A DNA stretch of 64,000 bases from Gnetum montanum (Eukaryota; Plantae; Gnetophyta): assembly GCA_015680685.1 (NCBI GenBank), contig MNCI01002152.1, forward strand, positions 497,344 through 561,343, written 5' to 3'. Below, one piece after another: positions 27,001-38,489 of this stretch; the stretch's first letter is position 1, and each line of letters opens with the position of its first letter. A program made the position numbers and the translations under genes. The notes beneath the pieces were generated by a model, which worked only from the letters and a program-made list of their open reading frames with translations, ran no database searches and was not told the DNA's origin.

Positions 27001-27897
27001 CAGGTCAAGCAAGCTCTAAAAGAAAAGAAGACTACATTGAGGTTGTCCAACCTAATCATGACGTCTGCCCCACATCATGAGGCTTTGATCCACATGTTGA
27101 GGATGATTTCGGTCAATGAGCACATGCCGATGGAAGAGGAAGCGATCCACTTGGTCATGCATCCCTTTGCGCTTGCAAAGTCAAAGCCGTCCCAACTGAA
27201 TTTTTGTGACGACTCCATTAGGAAGGACCTTGAAAGGGGTCAGGTGACAACAACACCCCTATTCATCATAATTTGGGTCGGCCAACATAGGATCCAAAGG
27301 ATACATGTCGATGATGGGGTTGCCACGAATGTCATCCCCTTCCCTATCATGGACAAGTTGGTCTTGGTTAACCATATCAAGCCCACAACAACATCATGCC
27401 TAAAGTCATTTAATGGGGCATGGGTCATGGTGAAGGGCATGGTCCATATCAACTTTATAGCGGGGGACTAGTTCCCCACGAACGCAATGTTCATTGTGGT
27501 TGAAGAGATGCCTGGGTTTAACTTGATCTTGGGGAGATCATGGTTAGTGCAGCTTAGGGCTATCTCCTTACCCATACATTAGGAGATCCATCTGCCCTAT
27601 GCAGGCAGGGAGGTGGTGATCCATGGTGATGAGGTAGCGACACAAGCTATTAATAACATAGACATGGAACAAGGCTCAGAGTTCATAACCTCTAAGAATG
27701 AAGCTCCTGTCTCTGCACACACTAACCATCCAGCAAAAGAATCGGTTTAGCAAGCTGGTTCTGAAAATAAAAATGCGTGGGTCGAGTTGCCCTTCCAAGC
27801 AAAGGACAATGATATAGACAAAAGCCCTGGTGAAGAGCCATGGCCTTATGTCTCTCTCAACCCACGATGGGTCAAGAAGTAGCTATGCCTAGCATAG
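24078..27897 (+). pseudogene. gag: E2 gag-protease (decayed)
   Basis: Pro/Thr-rich N-terminal part; KYNGEVDPNAHL..VKQDPLEPVQKFIQRW; FCDYHQQCGH knuckle; IHVDDGVATNVIP..FNLILGRSWL. Confidence 0.88.
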
Positions 27898-28027
27898 CAA
27901 CCCCATTGCTTCCTTCCTAAGTGCCATCCTTGTACATTTACCACCTTTATATTTTGCATTCATCCATCTATGCTAGTTACTAGTTATCCATCCTCCAAAT
28001 CATTAGTGTATCACCCCTTTAACATGC

Positions 28028-28112
28028 AATGGCCCGAAATGGCCCAAAACTATGCTACACTATGGCCTGAAATGGCCTAAAACTAGTAGGGGCCTGAAAA
28101 GGTCTAAAACTA
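28028..28112 (+). repeat. Repeat array A1 of E2 (GGCC..AAAACTA units)
   Basis: Short degenerate tandem units after the protease stop. Confidence 0.55.
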
Positions 28113-28268
28113 AAATGAAAGAATGAAAGTTTAACATAAAATTCAGCATGTAGATGATGCATAAGTTAGCATAGAACTAACTTCCTTTTCATTCAAAGCT
28201 TTTTTCTTTCAAACAATGTTTGCAAAGATTCTTCAAAAACTTAGAAATTTCAAAAAAATCCTATGTTG

Positions 28269-31200
28269 TCATGGTTTGTCTTTCCCCACCTCATCTTCTT
28301 CATCACAATTTTCTCCTACACCAGCCTCTTCTGCATCATCTTCCTCTGCATTTTCCTCTACCGCCCCTTCATTCCTATCCTCTGTAGGCCTTGTGCCCTC
28401 ATTTGAAACCTGCATTGCAAAAATGAAGTAGTCAGCTAGGGAAACATACGCAAGCTACAACAGAAAGTAAGCATTAAAATAGCAGAAAATGACTAACCTA
28501 AGATGGCCTTGCATCCATCTCGAAAGGTATATAATCTAAACCATGCCCGAGGTGGTGCTAGACCTCCTCTACCATGATATTCTCCCAATGCCTATTGCTT
28601 GGTTTAGCATCTGCAACAGCTTTCTCCTTTTCAACAGTCATCCATCTCAGCAGTTCCGAAGAGAAGGAGGTGATCACGGTCTCGCCAGTGGGGAGGTTCA
28701 CTCCCCGTTTAGGAGATTTCGTGACCTTCACCTATTCTTTGAACTTGTTATAGGCCTTAGAAGTATCAATAGCATTTACGAATACTTTATAGGTAAACGT
28801 CTCCATAGCAGCATCCATGTACAATTTATGATAGGTGGCATGTTCCAGTTTATACATGTGTTTGTGGTTTTTCTAGGACTTCCCCCATTCGTAAACCCTA
28901 GCACCATAATCTTTCCAATCTTGACTCTTCTGGGCCAACAAGTCTATTTGCATTTATTATTCTATTATTTCTTAGGTGGCTTCATTGTTTTGTTGCATGA
29001 CTGCCCAATATCTGGCATAATCTATCACAGCCGTGTGCCAATTCTCGTCATTAGTATCACAAGCTATGAGGAATTCGTTCCTTGATTTGAGTTCTTCTAC
29101 CTTAGCTCTTAGGTCGGCCTTCTCCTTCTTAGCCTTCTGGACCCATTTCCACAGGTCCTTGTTGATGTGCTTATACTCCCACAAGGAGTGTGCTTAGTAC
29201 AAAGCGCATTTGCAAGCCTCGTCGTACAACATTAATAGGGGTGTCTATCATACAACTAAACATGTCAGCAATGACTGAAATTGACTATGATAAGGTGAAT
29301 ATATTGTTCAACTCACCAGCTTCTAGTTGCAGTTCCCCTCCCTTTTGATTCAAAGCAATGACGGGATCCTTAGCAGAAGTCCCTACCAGGTCAATGCGGG
29401 TCTCTTCTTTATTTGCTGGTGCCTTTCCTTTTAAAGCACTAGCATCCTCTTTGTCTACAAAAATGTCCTCATTGGCAAGAGGATTTTCCCTAATAACAAG
29501 AGCCCTTTCCTTAGTGATAGGGGCTATTTCCTTCTTGATTGGGGCCCTTTCCTCTGAGATTGGGACCTCTACATCTTTATTTGTCACCCCCATCCTAGGG
29601 ACCGACACATCTTCATCACCTTCTTCCTCTGGCATCCAGAAACATGTTTGCACTAACTCAAAGTAGGTTAGCTTAAAGTAGGTGCTATGCTACACTACGC
29701 TGTCTAGCGTAGCATAGCGTAACAGGCATTAACAAAATAGGTGAAGGAATAGGCATAAGTGAAAGCATTTACCAATGGGGGGTTGCATCCTCTACAACTT
29801 GAACCATAGCATTTGTCCCTCTTCTTCTTCTATGCAGAGGGTTTCCTCAGCTGAAGGAGATCACTTTCGTTGCAACTTACTGGCCACTATTTTAGCAATG
29901 AAGCATTTCCCCTGTGATATGCTAACGATGGCAACAGGGGGCGTTTTTCCTACGCTGACTTGGCCACGGAAGTTGCGGGCACCCAATCCTTAGTGGTCAT
30001 GGAGAATGACTCCCCACTTGCTTTTGGGGGATCTTGGGCTTGGGTGGTTCGGAGGATCTAGCAGATCCATGGCTTGGAGATCTGATTGCGATTCCTTAGT
30101 ACCTAGGCCCCATTCTCATGGACCACCAGAAAATTTATGAAATGCTTCAAATAGGGTATGTAGAAGACATAATGCACATTGAAATGAGACTCCTTCTTCT
30201 TATGGAGTCCCACGATTTCAGTCTGCAAGCTGTTACGTAGAAAACTAACCTAGTTATAGTGAGCCCCCTCCTCCATGACCTCTTGCATCACCCAGGCCTG
30301 CTCAATCCCAAGGATCTTCCTTTGGGAAAGTAGCTGGGGGAATGCGTGAGCATGGAAGACAGGATAAACCTCCTTAGTAGGCCCTACCCTGACCTTCTCC
30401 ATAGGGATCCCCTTTCTCTATTTGGGGAGCCCTAGCCAATCCTCAATGTCTTCCTTTTGAAGGTTTAGCTCTTTCTTGCTTTTCGACCCTATGAGGATGC
30501 CATTAGTAGGAACACCGAAAAGGTCTACGAATAGCTGGTCATTAATTTCAATGACCACCTACACACTGTGTATACACATGCAGAAGTGATCTACCTTTTT
30601 GGAGAAAGAGTTATCTAGGGAAAGAATCTTAGTGATGGGGACGCTTGGATTCGGGGCTAGGAATGAATCCATGAGTCCAGCATCCTAAATATTCTTGACC
30701 AAGGATTTCGAGGCCTCACCACATATCCATCGTTGGCTACCGTCTACGTCCCCATACTTAAAGTAGACATTAGCCTCCTAATTCCTAGAGGTAATCACCG
30801 CCATCTCCTGGGACTTCTTCGCCCCTATAGCAGTTTGGATAAAAGCACAAAAAACAAAAAAAAAAGGGATGAAGAGTTAGGCAAAGCATTGATAGCAGGA
30901 AAAAGAAGATAGAAATAGCACTCGAACATGCATATAACATACTGCTTAGCTTACTAGGTTTATATAGTAATAGGAATGATAGAAGACTAACTAGGACATC
31001 TTCAATGGTGATTGGTTTGAAGGGTGCCCATCCCTCATCCAACCAGCTGAACTCCTTGCATCTATTGTAGAGATTGGGATACTGGTCTGGATAGGTGTGG
31101 TATTCACCCCTGCATTAACCTATCACACCTGCACGCATATTCTCAGTGGAAGAAAACTCCCACAACACCATCTGTGCTATGTTCAACGCATCTGTATCAC

Positions 31201-32406
31201 TGTGAAGCCCCTTCTCATTGATGTAAAACCTGGTAAAAAAACATGTTGTTAACATTCAACTAGCGTAGAAAATGTCACATAATACAATGGAACATAGCTA
31301 CAAAACTCACCCACCAGCATAGTAGATGGTTCCCGGTGGGTTTTGGAAACATGTTTCCATATGACGTGGAATAAATAATGTGTTGTAAGAATGGTAGCAG
31401 TCATATACAAGCATGTCCCAAATCCAAGCCAAACACCTCAAATTGTTGGGGCACTAACTAGATCCTTCTACCTGCCCGCTTCTGATTGCCCCATCTGTTA
31501 AGAACCTCATAATACCTCGGCTTGCACCAGGCAATGGGGTTTCTACTATAGCAGCTGCTACCTCCTCCACCAGGTATGACCAAACGATCACATTGAACCA
31601 GACCACCTGATCTCCCACATGTGTATGAAGAGGAGGAACATGGGCCACTAGTCTGTTTGCACAGCACAGGACCCCTACAATTTCTAGGACAATTAGAATT
31701 GGCCTTAGCGCTATCTTGCACAACACAACAACAAATGTTAGCATCATATCGAAGTGCAATAAACACATAGCATAGCAAAAATTAGCATTTTAGCAAGTAT
31801 CGTAGCATAATCCTCTTCCTGCACATAGCATAGAAAAAAACATAGCGTAGCAAAAAACATGAAGGCAATAGCGTAGTGAAAATAGCCTAGCATAGCAATG
31901 GAGTGATTAGTCCTAAAAAAAGAGATTAACATTATACCCTGATAGAACATGTGTCACACTGCCACATCACGCATGGCCAAACCCTCCTGAGGGTTCTATG
32001 CTATGCCATCTGAAAGTCAAGTAGCCTAAATCATCCAAGTCTCTACAATAATGATAGTCACAGCGATGGTGGTCTAGGCGACCTTGCATGAAACTTTAGC
32101 ATAGCATTTATACATCTACCATGGCCAAAATGGCAACATCGATGGTGTAAAATGCCAAAGAAACAACAACGTGATGACAAAAAACATGAATAGCTAAAAC
32201 TAAAATCGCATAAAATAAAAGCCAAGAAAAAAAACAAGAACGATAGTAGAAGCACAAGGAAACAAAAGAAGCATAGTAGCCTACTAGGTCAACAATGTCA
32301 CATCTCACACCACGACACGTGCTTGTGTCACACACCCTATGGTTTCCTTCACCTCATCGACCTTAGCAAGTGCCGAGTCTGTGCATTCTTTCCTAGGAGC
32401 CATCAT
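28269..32406 (-). pseudogene. E2 internal multi-exon antisense gene cassette of unknown function (one or two genes)
   Basis: GT donors at 31310, 29772, 29316 and 28497; AG acceptors before 31229, 30824, 29244 and 28409. Exon translations align by eye with E3 49259-52960. The candidate ATG at 32406 (MMAPRK) and the first two exons are weaker. Confidence 0.75.
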
Positions 32407-32555
32407 TTTTCTTGCCGACTCTTCCTCGTTATTATGTCAAGTCCACCTTGCTCTCTGTTGGTACAATCACTCTGCACTTCAAAATTGCTTTATGCTCCAA
32501 ATGTGGGCTCTGTGCTATTACGGTGAAAATAACGAGCTTATCGAAGGTTAACCCT

Positions 32556-32563
32556 TATTTATA
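32556..32563 (-). promoter_or_regulatory. Candidate TATA box of the antisense cassette (E2)
   Basis: TATAAATA on the minus strand ~150 bp upstream of the candidate ATG; a positional counterpart TATAAAAG is at ~47393 in E3. Confidence 0.45.
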
Positions 32564-32759
32564 GCTATAATGGTAAAAAGGGAAAACATTCCATTCTCTC
32601 TCTTTGTTTAATGCAGAGTATGCCGTGTAGCGTAGCACGCTTGCCACGACATCATAGCACTATTGGCATTAACATAGGTGAATCTGGGTGAAAAATCTTG
32701 GCACACTTCATGCTAACCATTTGCTTTCCCAAAAATGAAAAAATATACATATATTCATT

Positions 32760-33095
32760 TAGCAGTCCGAAAAGACCTTAAACTAGCAACCCCAGCGTAG
32801 TTTCAAAGTTAGCGGTCCGAAAAGACCTTAAACTAGCACTCCTAGCGTATAGTTTCACTCTTGTTAGCGGTTTGAAAAGACACTAAACTAGCAGTTTCAC
32901 ATTTTTGCATTAACAGTTTCATGCCTTTACACCAGCAACTTTCCATTTTGTATACTAGTGGTTTTGTGTTTTACATCTAGGTAGTCCGCAATGACACTAA
33001 ACTAGTAGCTTCGCATTTGTACATTGGTATTTTTACGTTTTCATCAGTTTTGCATCTTTCTATCTTAGTGGTCTACCATGACCTTAAACTGACAA
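32760..33095 (+). repeat. Repeat array A2 of E2 (GTCCGAAAAGACCTTAAACTAGCA units)
   Basis: At least 5 copies of GAC(C/A)(T/C)TAAACT with variable spacers, upstream of RT. Confidence 0.75.
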
Positions 33096-33213
33096 ATTTT
33101 AACATTACATCATACTTCATTGATTACATATCATTGTTGCTTTACAAATTTTTGTTAGACACAATTATTACGAATAGGTACCTCTTAACTAGACTCTCAT
33201 TTCATTTTGGCAG

Positions 33214-36200
33214 GTTGAGTGAAAATGGAAATCTATCGTGATCTCTCTTCACCTCTAACTTTAGCAGGGCCACACAGCAAGCTCGCAAGACAACTGACTA
33301 GGAATCACCCGTAGTTAGCACCGTGGTGTCCTTACAAACATCCTCAGAATGGCCTGAGCATCTAGTCCAAACCCTAGATTTAGAGGTTGGGGATGTAATT
33401 GAGGACCCTCTCATCGAGACGCTTATGACCACGTCCAAGAGAGAAGTAAGAACATTAAAACTTAGCTCCCTCCTAGATTCGAAGACGCATAAAGATGTAG
33501 CCAAGATTCTGCAAGACAACATTGAAGTCTTTGCATGGTCATATAGTGTCATGTTGGGTTTAGATCTGAGGCTAATACGACACAACATCTTCTTCGACCC
33601 ACGCATGAAAGCAGTCAAGCAGAAGGCTCGTAAAGTTAAACCAGAGATCGCACTAGCCATGTAGGATAAAATCACCAAGCTATACCAAGCTGGTTCATCT
33701 ATGCAGTTGATTACTCAGAATGGGTATCCAACATCATTGTAGTTTCTAAGAAGATGGGAGGAATATGAATCTATGCAGACTTCCGGGATATGAACAAGGC
33801 AACGATCAAGCACAATTTTCCACTTCTGAGCATCAATCAACTCATTGATACTATGGCCAATCACGCTCTGTTATCCTTTGTGGATGGTTTCTCTAGCTAC
33901 ATCCAAATTTGCATTAACCCTAAGCATCAGTTAACAACAACCTTCATGATCCTATGGGGTACCTTTTATTACACTATGATGCCTTTTAGGCTCTAAAATG
34001 CTGGAGTGACTTACCAGCAAGCCATGACCTACATCTTTAGAGACTACGTCTTAAAGATGATGAACGACTACATAGATGATATAGCAGTCAAGTCCAAAGA
34101 AGCCGCTGATCACTCACGCGATCTAGGTGTAGTCCACAAGTGTTGCCAAATGCATGATTTACCCCTCAACCCTAAAAAGTATCTTCAGGGTGAGAACCGG
34201 ATGCATGTTAGGATTTGTAGTATCGGAAGCCGAAATACGGGTGGACCCTAACAAAGTTAAGGTCATCGTCAACCTAGAACCTCCTACAAATCATAAAGAA
34301 TTGCATGGGTTGCAAGGTAGGGTATAGTTCATTCGAAGGTTTATAGCAAAGTTAACTGACAAGTTACACCCCATGCAACATCTTCTAAAGAAAGGGGTTA
34401 ACTTCAAATGGAAAAATCAGTGCCAACAAGCCTTCAATGATCTGAAGAAAGAGCTTTTGCACCTTCCAATGATTTACCCACCACATAGGGATAAGCCTTT
34501 CTTCATCTACCTTGCCACCTCTGACACATCTATCGTAGCACTGTTATGTTAGAAATGAGACGATGGATCTGAGATACTAGTGTACTATCTAAGTCATGCA
34601 TTAATAGCATATGAAGTGAAGTACAAAGAGGTGGAGAGGAATTGCCTTGCCCTAGTGTTTGCATTAAAAATGTTGAGGCATTACCTTTCTCGTAGTAAAA
34701 TTAACATTATTTGCAAAAGCAACATACTCCGGGCTATCACAAATAATTTGTACGAAAGTAGTAGGATAGCCCGATGGAAAGCAATAACCATGGAATTCAA
34801 CTTGCACTATGTGAGCCAGTCATTGACAAAGGGCCAAGCCATAGCGACGCAACTTATAGTCTCACCCATTGACGACCATGTAGCCATAGATCATGAATTC
34901 CTAGACAAGCACGTTAACACTATCAAAGTCATCCCATCACATCTTGAAGCTACTCTACACTTTGATGGTTCCTTGACCACGTGAGGAGGTAGTGTAGCTA
35001 CCGTCATTACATTCCCCTATGGGGAAATGCATCCTTTTTCTTATCGTTTTACATTCCCCTACATGAATAACGTGGTAGAGTATGAGGGGCTACCTAGAGG
35101 CCTCTCAATTGCCCAATCACTACGCATACAACACCCAGCGATTCACATTGATTCACACCTAGTTGTGAATCAAATCACCAAGTTCTATGCCTACAAAGCT
35201 ACAAACCTGCAAACCTACTGTGACCTAGCAAAAAGGCTACTTAAATAGTTTGCAACTACGAACATGCAACACATTCCATGCAATGAGAACACCGTAGCAG
35301 ACGCCTTAGCCACCCTAGCACTAAATATTCCACCACACTTGTTTGCAAGTTTTCCAACCTTGATTATAGAGTTCACTGAGCCTATCACTCAGGCGGTACA
35401 CATAGCCTCTATTAATGTTGTGAATACACAAGAGTGGTATGCCAACATTAAAACCTACCTGCAACATAATGAATCCCCAAGTGGATTGACATTTTCCTAG
35501 AGAGATGTGATCCGTAAGCATGCTTGACAATATGTGCTTATGGGAGACAACGCCCTATGCAAGCACTCCTATGACAGGATATTGCTAGCATGCATAAATG
35601 AGGGGGAAGCACAAAAGGTTGTCAATGAAATACACGAAGGACTATGTGATGGACACATAGCACCTAGAGCTATGGCTGCAAAAATTAGACGCCTAGGGTA
35701 CTATTGGCCTCACATGGAGCGTGATTGTCTATCAAAAGTCAAAATGTGTGACACGTGCCAAAGATATGTAAATCTCATACACGTTTCACCTATAGAGCTG
35801 CACCTGATGCAGATCACGTGGCCTTTACAATGATGGGGATTAGACCTCATAGGGCCTATCACACCTAAGTCTTCCGCAGGGCATAGCTTCATCATCATAG
35901 CCATCGAATATTTTACCAAGTGAGTGGAAGAATCTATTCCCCTAAGGAAAACTACATCTCAATAGATTTTCCACTTCATCTTGGATAACATCGTGACAAG
36001 GTTCGGGCTTCCCATGACTATTGTGACCGACAATGGGCCACAATTCAGTAGTACGGAAACCCGAACCTTCTGCAGCAATCTTGGCATCAGGTAGTCATTC
36101 TCCTTGCCATATTACCCATAGGAAAATGGGTAGGTGGAGGCTACAAATAAGTCCATCATCAACTTGTTGAAAAGGATGCTCAACAACAGAAAGAGGTGGT

Positions 36201-36680
36201 CGCATGAGCAAATCCTCTATGTGTTGTGGGCTTACAGGAAAACATGTAGGACTAAAATAGGTAAGATTCCTTACAGCCTTGTTTATGGATCTGAAGCTGT
36301 GTTACCTCTTGATTTATAGGTATCATCACTCCGAATGATCCTATCCAATGTTGTAAGTGAAGCCCAGAACAACGAGTTTCAGATCATCGATCTCGACTCA
36401 ATAGGGGAGAAGCATGTGCAAACACTGGGTCGCATAAAGCATTACTAGAACAAGCAATGGAAAAAACACCATGAAAATCCACATCAACAACCAATATAGA
36501 AGGGAGACCTTGTTCTCAAAGCTATCCATGATCATATGAACAAATTCTTAGCTAATTGAGAAGGTTCATACATGGTCACAAAAGCCTTTGGGAATGGAGC
36601 CTTCACGTTGGCAGACATGGATGGCAACAAGTTTGCAAACCCAGTGAATCACTCGTACCTCAAGCTGTACTACATCTATA
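33214..36680 (+). pseudogene. pol: E2 pol: RT - RNase H - archaeal-type RNase H - integrase (decayed)
   Basis: LLSFVDGFSSY, MPFRL*NAG, DYIDD; VYYLSH..VERNCLALVFA (RH); LHFDGS..NNVVEYEGL..IHIDSHLVVNQ (aRH); HEGLCDGH..CDTC, GLDLIGP, VTDNGPQF, VEATNK (IN). Confidence 0.93.
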
Positions 36681-36702
36681 TGCATGGAGAAGATAAGAAA
36701 AT

Positions 36703-37100
36703 GTCCACTATGATGTAAAATTGGCAAAGGTGAGCAAACGTTCACTACGACGTTAAACTGGCACAGCTTTACCAACGTCCACTATGATTTTAAACTGGCA
36801 AAGCTCGTTTGCTACAATGTTAAACTAGCAAAACATGTCTGCAACGATGTTAAACTGGTATAGACAGTCCGCTATGACTATAAACTAGCATAGATAGTCC
36901 GCTATGATAATAAAGTAGCACAGATGGTCTACTAGGACCTTAAACTAGCTCATCCACCATCCGCTACGATGAAAAACTAGCACAACCATCTACTGAGACC
37001 TTAAATTAGCATAGCATTAATCTGCTGGGACCTTAAACTAGCATAGCGGGCTACTGAGACCTTAAACCAGCACACCATGATCTACTAGGACCTTAAAATT
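36703..37100 (+). repeat. Repeat array A3 of E2, ~31-38 bp period (consensus GTCCGCTACGACGTTAAACTAGCA)
   Basis: About 12 degenerate units directly after the integrase end. Confidence 0.85.
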
Positions 37101-37164
37101 GGTTCGCAGCATGTCCCCAACATGCATCTACACCAGTACACATCAAGCAAGCATGCACATTGCT

Positions 37165-38041
37165 GACATGGGGTGGGACATTGCAGTTCCAGAATGTAGT
37201 TCATGATGGGATGAAAATACAATCTAGAACATATGCAATGCTACTACTCCTAGCATCTTTCTGATCCTCCAGAGATGTCGTATGACATCTAACTAATCCT
37301 CCAGACCTACTATCGGCACAACTTGTCTCCTTGACAATAATTCCTTGGTCAGTGGTTGCTGCTAGAGTTCCAGCAGTATTGTGGCCTAGCGACAATATTT
37401 TTACCCTCCAGCCCCTTTCCAACACCAGAGCTCAAGAGACATTTAGCTGTTGGATAGCCAATCCCACAGCTGGACTAAGAATGCATGCCTTCGGTAGGAA
37501 TTCCTGAGCATCTGCACTCACAGCAACTCCCAACTCCTTCGATGCTGGTTCCTTCATGCTGATGTTGACAAAGCCGGTACTAGCCTTCCTATTTTGGACA
37601 TCACACACTGGCAAAGATGTCCAAAGCTTCAACAATGTCTACAGAGAGTAAGCACTTTGCCTTCGTTTTGCATCATGGTTGTTTCTCCTGGTTTTCTTTC
37701 TATTATGTTTGTAGGATGCATACCAGGGGGATGCTAGCCAGAGGTGCGCTTCGCCATGGAAGCAAGAACCTTCATTGTTCTAGGGCATTCATCTTGACTA
37801 GCTTAGCTACTTTTAAGTGCACATCTTGTTCCTCCCCTTTACTTTCCTTACCTCACTCCTTACACTCATGATCCACTCTCTCCTCTCTTTCACAAGCTTT
37901 TCCCAACACCTATCAAGCCCTTCCATTTGCCCAACCGCAAGGTCCATGACGTGCGTAACACAGCTTGCTGCATGGGAAGCATCTGTAGGTAGGTTAAGGC
38001 TCCACGTGGATGTAACACAACTCATCCTGGGAAGGAAACAC
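37165..38041 (-). pseudogene. E2 3'-region antisense ORF (decayed)
   Basis: Segments ASHAASCVT, SYKHN and TSLEDQ align with E3 42150-42970 (ASHGISCIT, SYKHN, TLED*Q). Confidence 0.55.
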
Positions 38042-38476
38042 CTATCCTACAACAAGGTTGTTTATAGATGTAAAAGGAAAAATAGCAAAGGTAAAAGTGT
38101 AAGAGAGCAAAAGCTCGTGCAAAAAAAAAAAAAGAGCGTGCCTAAAAAAAATGACACATAGGTTGTTTCACACACCCTCTCTCCCTAAGCATTTTGATGA
38201 GATGTCAAAGATCAGTAAATGAAAAGATGACCATGCAAAAAACTCCCTCATGAACACTCTGACAAGGGACCCCGCCACGTTTCATCTTTACCTTTTTCTT
38301 GAGCCTCCTCCTTTCTCACTTAACCCTTCTCTTCTTCCACTTAACCAATGCAACACTCTTAAAGTACAGCTAAGCGACATCTTGACAATCACCGAAGAGA
38401 AAGGTTGGCATTTTTCCTTCTGTGGTGTTTCATATTCTTTGTCAACGCCTCTCAGGTCCATCCTTTAGACATCGAC

Positions 38477-38489
38477 AAAGAGGGGCCAA
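38477..38489 (+). other. Polypurine tract (E2)
   Basis: AAAGAGGGGCCAA immediately before the 3' LTR. Confidence 0.8.

Noticed and set aside
28543-29085. 180-aa hydrophobic plus-strand ORF as a possible env/membrane protein
   Set aside because: It is the shadow of a K/E-rich minus-strand exon; homology with E3 lies on the opposite strand.
31458-31778. Cys-rich 106-aa ORF as a possible defensin/metallothionein-like peptide
   Set aside because: The overlapping frame (31454-31768) is the one conserved with E3; the Cys-rich frame is not.
28269-32406. Captured host gene or independent nested TE as the explanation for the spacer
   Set aside because: It occupies the same position, orientation and exon order in diverged families, no own termini or TSD were seen, and no host protein was recognisable. 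An ancient capture is not excluded.
34960-35330. Second RNase H domain as a novelty
   Set aside because: An archaeal-type RNase H between RH and IN is an established Tat (Ogre/Retand) feature.
36703-37100. CRISPR-like appearance (conserved core with variable spacers)
   Set aside because: Units are degenerate and short, spacers are only ~10 bp, there are no cas genes, and the context is a eukaryotic retrotransposon.
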